Assembly (NCBI RefSeq): GCF_006345805.1
Contig: NC_043000.1
Span: 145,390,001-145,454,000, forward strand
DNA from: Octopus sinensis
Taxonomy: Eukaryota
Direction: 5' to 3'
DNA length: 64,000 bases
The notes under the pieces were generated by a model. It was not told the DNA's origin and ran no database searches. It worked only from the letters and a program-made list of their open reading frames with translations. Each line of letters starts with the position of its first letter. Position 1 is the stretch's first letter. The position numbers were made by a program, and so were the translations under genes. Of the stretch, positions 56,519 through 64,000 are shown piece after piece.

Positions 56519-56579
56519 GATAACCGATGAGATGGTGTTGTGGATTTCCACTTCGGCATCTGAAACTCAGAGTTTTATC
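56519..56579 (+). ncRNA. Type I hammerhead motif (right arm)
   Basis: GAUAA-CCGAUGA-GAUG..CAUC-U-GAAA-CUCAGA-GUU-UUAUC; stem I GAUAA/UUAUC; U4C core change. Confidence 0.7.
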
Positions 56580-56605
56580 TTGACTACCGAGTAATGTAAC
56601 ATATT

Positions 56606-56675
<70 letters not shown>

Positions 56676-56687
56676 ATTATATATACT

Positions 56688-57000
56688 CGACTCCATCGTT
56701 TACGAATATCCATATGTGCACCTAAAAGTTTCGCCTTCAGGGTACAAGTCTGGGCGGAAAGTCGCCTCACCGGCGAACGCACAACCTACGGTTATTTCTA
56801 TGGAAGACTAGCAGTCGTCCATGCATACCATCTTCCCCTCACTACGCCAACGATGTTCTCCAATGGAAACGCAAAGGCCGATACAGCTTGGCACCAGTGA
56901 CGTCACAACACATTTTGGAGCTGCTTGAACTGGAAATTACACTCACAATCTCACTATCGTAAGCTCGAAATTCTAACCCCTGAGCCATGCGCCTTCACAC
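56688..57000 (-). mobile_element. tRNA-derived SINE family D, internally deleted
   Basis: Head GGCGCATGGCTCAGGGGTTAG followed by a GC-rich body GTCACTGGTGCCAAGCTGTATCGGCC. Confidence 0.7.
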
Positions 57001-57029
57001 ACAGATATATATATATATATATATATATT

Positions 57030-57625
57030 TATAATAGGATTAGCTCGTATACGAGTAGGTATATATTTGTAAAAAATGAAGTTCGAAAATGCTGCTGTAT
57101 TATACAATTTTTAATTTTTATATATACATTATAACATGTTTCAGTTCCTGAAATGAACCTTATCAAAAAAAGTTACATATAAAAAGAGACAGCTCATGCC
57201 GTCAAACACAAGAAATTCATTTATAATACACAACGGAGTCAGACATCTTAGAGTTCATGTATAGTTGATATATAGTTCATGTATAGTTGATATATAGTTC
57301 ATGTATAGTTGATATATAGTTTGAAGTATATGTTCAAAGTGTTCGATGCAGTGGCCCACGGTGGCGATACGTATTCAATACAAAAAGCAGATCAAAGTGG
57401 TGGAAAGCGGTCAATACAGAAGATTGATGTTTCCGAAAGAGCGAGGAATTCATTTTTACCTTAAGCAATTGTGATGGCCCATGGTGGAAGTTCGCTGGGT
57501 GGTTCTAGTGAGTTTTTGTGAAATGCTCGGTTTTATAATGCCTGTTAGGTGGTCAATCTAGCGTAGCGTGACGTCATCAATGTTTTGACCAATCGTTTCG
57601 TTAGGTGGCTTTAATCAAGTGATAT
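57030..57625 (-). mobile_element. Old Penelope-like 3' fragment with decayed hammerhead (57129-57170)
   Basis: UUGAUAA-GGUUC..GAACU-GAAA-CAU-GUU with ACAUGU palindrome; faint GIY-YIG C-terminal relic (EHF..H); (TA)n on both sides. Confidence 0.5.
57252..57321. repeat. 22-bp minisatellite x3 (AGTTCATGTATAGTTGATATAT)
   Basis: Direct reading. Confidence 0.9.
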
Positions 57626-57680
57626 ATATATATGTGCGTGTGTGTGTGTATATATATATGTACATATATATATGTACATA

Positions 57681-57747
<67 letters not shown>

Positions 57748-58070
57748 TTAAGATCTGCTAGTAGTGTGATCAACACATGCTCCCACATCGCTGCAGACCT
57801 CGATTCAATTTAGGCGACTGCTAGAAAGAAGCAGAAACTGATCGGTTCGAGTTGTTAAAGTTATCGGTAAACGTTTTTGATTTTCACTCTCGATAAATTC
57901 ATCCCCTTTTTGTGTTCCCAACACTGGCATCCTAATTTAGGGGCCCTTAATTGTATTACTACATGAATAATATTTTTCTATATGAATAATATTTTGTCTT
58001 ATGACTAATTCGTCTTTTGTGCTGGGCACCTGGTAGTAAATAATATTACTACCCCTCTTGTTTATATTCG

Positions 58071-58104
<34 letters not shown>

Positions 58105-58148
58105 TATATATATATATATATACTTTATTTTAAGCAGCAGAAAATTCA

Positions 58149-58200
58149 ACAAAATCTGTTACTCTGAGTTTCTCGTTGCCGTTCATCAGACAGTTTTTGC
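58149..58200 (-). ncRNA. Type I hammerhead ribozyme in the 3' pLTR
   Basis: GCAAAAACUGU-CUGAUGA-A-CG GCAA CG-A-GAAA-CUCAGA-GUA-ACAGAUUUUG; palindromic stem III ACUCAGAGU. Confidence 0.75.
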
Positions 58201-59204
58201 TAGAATGGAACATATATATTAATTCAATCTATACTCTTACAAACGCTACACCTTTAAAAAGAAATGGACTTGTTTGATTGGCCCTTTAGAAAAAACGGTC
58301 AATCTTCGAGCGATAAACAAAAAGGTCAAAAATATATGTATATATATATAAAAACTTATAAAATTTATAAAATTATAAAATCCGAGGAAAAAACCGAGGA
58401 AAAAACCTATTGCCGTTAATGAAGACAGTACAAATTAATGCATAGAAATTAAACCTATTATAAATACTGCAATACATATTTATATTAAAATCCACATATA
58501 TATATCAACATACACAAAAGGATGCGCGTAAACGCCATACATACATATACAGACGTATGAATATGAATCTAAATTATACACATAAAAGCATGTGTACATA
58601 TATTCACGCAAACCGTCTCGCACGCAAGCTAAAATTCATCTATGTAGCAATTCTCATATACTGAGCAAGGAGGGGGAACGAAAGAAAGGGAAAGAGAGAA
58701 AAAGAACGAAAGAGGGATGGGGGGAAACTTGTAGCGATGTTATTGGCATCTATAGAGGCCAGTATACATACACAAGTTTGAATTGATACATATACATACC
58801 GTCGTGTGTATGCGTGCTTAAGCACAAGCATACTTTCACTTACACATACACAGATACGCATGCTTACAAATACATATGCTTTGCTATACACAAACTTATA
58901 TAAACATTCTAAATTTGACAACATTGCTTTTTTTAAAAAAACATTGCTTTTAAAAAAAATGGGTGCATTAATAAAAATATATACGAAAGACATAAAATAA
59001 AATATAACATCCTATTTTGGGTCATTATAAATAATCAAGGTAATATAAATAATCAAGGTAATCCTATGCAATACAATAACATGAAAACAAAGTTTTTAGG
59101 TTTTTCCTAATATATATGTAGAAACAATAAGACTTTGCTATAGATCCGTCGTAGCGCTTAAGAGTCAAAATCAAAATCAAAAATCAAAATACAAAATATA
59201 TACT

Positions 59205-61334
59205 CTATCCATATGGTATATTTATATTCGACATTTTAAATTTAGCCGCGTGCCTACATAAGTTCATTAACTCACTTCTTTGATCAAAGAATTATTGTCT
59301 TTGAATAATATGTGCATTTTTTCTAATAAGCAAAGCTTGCACTTGAAATTATATTTGTAAGCTCCATGCCTGTATGGTGCCGCCCTGTCCAGAATGCTCC
59401 ATGTCACGTTGAAAGGTGGGGCTTCCTTTTCTTTTAGTTCCCAGACATATTTTGCTAGGCTGGTTTTCTTCCTATTCTCTGGGTATTTAAAAGAATTCTT
59501 ATGAGAATAAAATCTTGTTTTAAATGAATTTTCTGAAGCCCCTGTGTATGTCTTGTATTCCGATGAGCCTTCCACTTGCCCCTGGGCTATAAACTACTCC
59601 TTTCACTAGACATTTCCCTTCTAACGGACAGGAGCTTTCGTTTTTGAAATTACATTTCTTAATGGGCTCGGCACCATGTCTAATCTCAATTAGCTTCCTA
59701 TTATGTTGGCTAATGTAAGAGGCGAAATTTCTGCAACAAGAATAGCTAACCTTCAGGGTTCTTCTATTAAATATTCTGTAGAATTTATGACCCGCTTAAA
59801 ATGCTTAGAGACTAATCTCAAAAATTCCTTACCTATATTAGTCTTTACGGCCAAATTGAAAGCCGGGTTGAACCACAAAACTTTCCTGGTTCTAGTTCTT
59901 CGTGCAGCATTATTATTAGCATTAAGCTGGTTGAACTGGATCTTCTCCGAGAATCCACTATTCTTTAATGCGCTATCGTAATAAGGTGCAGCATTATGGA
60001 ATGCTGCCTCGTCCGAAGAAATTGAAGATATTCTTCTACCTACATTGCTGACTAAGTTGCTAAGGATAACTGGTGGATGGTTCGAATCTTTGCTAATATA
60101 CGATAGCTTTTCATTGGGCTTACGGAAAGGTTTAAATCTATCCGATCTTACATTAAAATTTACGTCTAAAAAATACACTATTCAGGTTAGTATCTATCGT
60201 AATCCGTAAGCCCATCCTTTGAAAGAAAGCTATAAGGTCCTTCCTAAGTCTATCTGATTCATGGCCGTTTAGATTATGCGTGGCTATAAGGCCGTCATCC
60301 CTATATAGACCTGCATCTATAAATGGGAATTCTATTTTTAGATTATGGAGAATAAAGGCTCCTATGAGCATACATAATTCAGCCCCGTCGTATGCCCCCA
60401 TCGGTACATCGAAAAGAGAATCCTCAGTCTTCTTAATCCAGGTGGAATCCTCGAAAAACAGAAGCGATTTCCTCGCATGCATAATAATTTCAATTTCCGA
60501 GCTATCGATGTTGACATACTGCTTGGCGAAGTCCAATGCCCTTAGGAGCAACGTCCTAGATATCGACGGGTAAAAGTCAATAATGTCGAATTGTGTGAAA
60601 CTACAATTATTCTTATAGCTAATACCTTTAAACCACTCTATAACTGACTTACTATTCTTCCAAATTCTCAAGTCTACTTCACTATCTAACTTAACTAAAA
60701 TACGGTCCAAAATATTTTTGCTAATAATTCCTATCTCAGTTTTAGCCGGATTTATCAACCTACATTTGGGGTTTCTACTAAAATTGTCTTTATGGTCTTT
60801 CAGAGTAATAAAAGCTGGTCGTGGTGAAAGGTATTCAATCCTATCGCTAATCTTAAGATCGTTAGCTATTCCTCTTGCTTCTAAGTTCACCTCTTTGTAT
60901 ATATTCGTGTTGTCTTTTTTGTATGTGTCCGTGACACTATTCGAAATCAGGCGTTTATAAACGTCCTTATCAAGTGCATATAAGTTCCTTGTCTTGTCAG
61001 AATTAACGAAGATCTTATTCGAGTCGTTAATCTCCTTAATTTTTTCTCTCATGTTTTTTTGCAATTGGTTGGTAAATTTGCGGAATTTAATTTTCCTAAT
61101 AATCTCGAAAAGGTCTTTCTCGAAGGCTTCTAATTCCGGAATCGGTGGCGGGTTTCTGGGAGATTTAAATCCATATTTGTTACCTTCTATTTTCTGTGTA
61201 TTATCAAAGAAGAAGGCTTTCCATCTCAGTCTTCTAATAAACTCTTCCGTTTTCTCTATAAGACATTTGATATATTGTTTCTGTGCAGGGATAGGTATAT
61301 TTTTCTGAGAAAAATCCAGCGGGTAAAGTTCCAT
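59205..61334 (-). pseudogene. Penelope-like (Naiad) RT + GIY-YIG endonuclease polyprotein, about 710 aa when corrected; about 4 small frameshifts in this copy
   Basis: N-term KNIPIP..LIEK.E.FIRRLRWKAFFF; RT motifs FDIIDFYPSI, VPMGAYDGAE, LYRDDG; C-term CN..CPL.G.C, VVY..KTYTG, KCKLCLLEK. Confidence 0.9.
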
Positions 61335-61498
61335 CTTTTTCAGCTGTTTGTTCTTCCTACTTGTGCAGAGTCGCTCAAACTTTTACAAGGAGCGGGTTAG
61401 ACCGGAGTAAACACATAAATGTGAAACAAGGTGGAAAAAAGAGTACTCAAATACCAGTGGTAGAGTAATATGCTTTATTTTAAGCAGCAGAAAATTCA

Positions 61499-61550
61499 AC
61501 AAAATCTGTTACTCTGAGTTTCTCGTTGCCGTTCATCAGACAGTTTTTGC
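61499..61550 (-). ncRNA. Type I hammerhead ribozyme in the 5' pLTR
   Basis: Identical to 58149-58200; predicted cleavage about 175 nt upstream of the ATG at 61334. Confidence 0.75.
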
Positions 61551-62267
61551 TAGAATGGAACATATATATTAATTCAATCTATACTCTTACAAACGCTACA
61601 CCTTTAAAAAGAAATGGACTTGTTTGATTGGCCCTTTAGAAAAAACGGTCAATCTTCGAGCGATAAACAAAAAGGTCAAAAATATATGTATATATATATA
61701 AAAAAACTTATAAAAATTATAAAAATTATAAAATCCGAGGAAAAAACCGAGGAAAAAACCTGTTGCCGTTAATGAAGACAGTACAAATTAATGCATAGAA
61801 ATTAAACCTATTATAAATACTGCAATACATATTTATATTAAAATCCACATATATATATCAACATACACAAAAGGATGCGCGTAAACGCCATACATACATA
61901 TACAGACGTATGAATATGAATCTAAATTATACACATAAAAGCATGTGTACATATATTCACGCAAACCGTCTCGCACGCAAGCTAAAATTCATCTATGTAG
62001 CAATTCTCATATACTGAGCAAGGAGGGGGAACGAAAGAAAGGGAAAGAGAGAAAAAGGAACGAAAGAGGGGGGGGGGGAAACTTGTAGCGATGTTATTGG
62101 CATCTATAGAGGCCAGTATACATAGTTTGAATTGATACATATACATACCGTCGTGTGTATGCGTGCTTAAGCACAAGCATACTTTCACTTACACATACAC
62201 AGATACGCATGCTTACAAATACATATGCTTTGCTATACACAAACTTATATAAACATTCTAAATTTGA

Positions 62268-64000
62268 CACGCATAATCTAAACGGCCATGAATCAGATAG
62301 ACTTAGGAAGGACCTTATAGCTTTCTTTCAAAGGATGGGCTTACGGATTACGATAGATACTAACCTGAATAGTGTAGATTTTTTAGACGTAAATGTTAAT
62401 GTAAGATCGGATAGATTTAAACCTTTCCGTAAGCCCAATGAAAAGCTATCGTATATTAGCAAAGATTCGAACCATCCACCAGTTATCCTTAGCAACTTAG
62501 TCAGCAATAGTAGGTAGAAGAATATCTTCAATTTCTTCGGACGAGGCAGCATTCCATAATGCTGCACCTTATTACGATAGCGCATTAAAGAATAGTGGAT
62601 TCTCGGAGAAGATCCAGTTCAACCAGCTTAATGCTAATAATAATGCTGCACGAAGAACTAGGACCAGGAAAGTTTTGTGGTTCAACCCGGCTTTCAATTT
62701 GGCCGTAAAGACTAATATAGGTAAGGAATTTTTGAGATTAGTCTCTAAGCATTTTAAGCAGGGTCATAAATTCTACAGAATATTTAATAGAAGAACCCTG
62801 AAGGTTAGCTATTCTTGTTGCAGAAATTTCGCCTCTTACATTAGCCAACATAATAGGAAGCTAATTGAGATTAGACATGGTGCCGAGCCCATTAAGAAAT
62901 GTAATTTCAAAAACGAAAGCTCCTGTCCGTTAGAAGGGAAATGTCTAGTGAAAGGAGTAGTTTATAGAGCCAAGGTGCAAGTGGAAGGCTCATCGGAATA
63001 CAAGACATACACAGGGGCTTCAGAAAATTCATTTAAAACAAGATTTTATTCTCATAAGAATTTTTTTAAATACCCAGAGAATAGGAAGAAAACCAGCCTA
63101 GCAAAATATGTCTGGGAACTAAAAGAAAAGGAAGCCCCACCTTTCAACGTGACATGGAGCATTCTGGACAGGGCGGCACCATACAGGCATGGAGCTTACA
63201 AATATAATTTCAAGTGCAAGCTTTGCTTATTAGAAAAAATGCACATATTATTCAAAGACAATAATTCTTTGAATCAAAGAAGTGAGTTAATGAACTTATG
63301 TAGGCACGCGGCTAAATTTAAAATGTCGAATATAAATATACCATATGGATAGAGTATATATTTTGTATTTTGATTTTTGATTTTGATTTTGACTCTTAAG
63401 CGCTACGACGGATCTATAGCAAAGTCTTATTGTTTCTACATATATATTAGGAAAAACCTACAAACTTTGTTTTCATGTTATTGTATTGCATAGGATTACC
63501 TTGATTATTTATATTACCTTGATTATTTATAAATGACCCAAAATAGGATGTTATATTTTATTTTATGTCTTTCGTATATATTTTTATTAATGCACCCATT
63601 TTTTTTTTAAAAGCAATGTTTTTTTAAAAAAAGCAATGTTGTCAAATTTAGAATGTTTATATAAGTTTGTGTATAGCAAAGCATATGTATTTGTAAGCAT
63701 GCGTATCTGTGTATGTGTAAGTGAAAGTATGCTTGTGCTTAAGCACGCATACACACGACGGTATGTATATGTATCAATTCAAACTTGTGTATGTATACTG
63801 GCCTCTATAGATGCCAATAACATCGCTACAAGTTTCCCCCCCACCCCTCTTTCGTTCCTTTTTCTCTCTTTCCCTTTCTTTCGTTCCCCCTCCTTGCTCA
63901 GTATATGAGAATTGCTACATAGATGAATTTTAGCTTGCGTGCGAGACGGTTTGCGTGAATATATGTACACATGCTTTTATGTGTATAATTTAGATTCATA
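62268..64000 (+). mobile_element. Inverted 5'-truncated copy of the same Penelope-like element (runs off the window)
   Basis: Reverse complement of 58562-60282; open GIY-YIG frame 62675-63352; 2-nt CA microhomology at the junction 62268-62269. Confidence 0.92.

Larger units (their letters stand above)
56249..56613. mobile_element. Miniature head-to-head Penelope-like element with a perfect 100-bp inverted repeat
   Basis: Arms 56321-56420 and 56514-56613, 93-bp spacer, 72-bp extension on the left arm, (TA)n on both sides. Confidence 0.85.
58123..62269 (-). mobile_element. Penelope-like retroelement, Naiad type, with ~800-bp pseudo-LTRs (58123-58920 and 61473-62269)
   Basis: Direct repeats offset by 3350 bp flank the RT/GIY-YIG ORF; the 3' end (AATAAAG) abuts (TA)n; each pLTR has a hammerhead. 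Confidence 0.92.

Noticed and set aside
59205-63352. Selenoprotein-type Naiad (in-frame UGA plus SECIS, known for some Naiads)
   Set aside because: No in-frame TGA is seen in the RT ORF or the intact GIY-YIG frame; the conserved positions are ordinary Cys (or Phe) codons.

Overview
AT-rich, microsatellite-dense animal genomic DNA with no host protein-coding exon, tRNA or rRNA gene that I can support. The SINE families and repeat landscape suggest an octopus or other coleoid cephalopod (inference). Recognisable content is almost all mobile DNA. (1) A full-length but decayed Tx1/L1-clade LINE (548-5978, minus) inserted with a 14-bp TSD into the tRNA-like head of a SINE. (2) A young Penelope-like element of Naiad type (RT + GIY-YIG, 58123-64000) with hammerhead-bearing pseudo-LTRs and an inverted second arm. 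(3) Many short Penelope-like fragments sitting in (TA)n tracts. (4) Several SINE families, a non-autonomous Helitron, Tc1/mariner fragments and RTE/CR1/RLE LINE remnants. The most striking object is a non-coding, hairpin-rich 473-bp unit carrying a type I hammerhead ribozyme. It is present as 3 tandem copies fused by a fold-back junction to about 1.2 inverted copies (46231-48240), and is a candidate retrozyme/circular-RNA retroelement. I count 14 hammerhead-like motifs in the window, including an unusual A.A closure of stem II in two unrelated families. All RNA folds were read by eye and none is experimentally confirmed.
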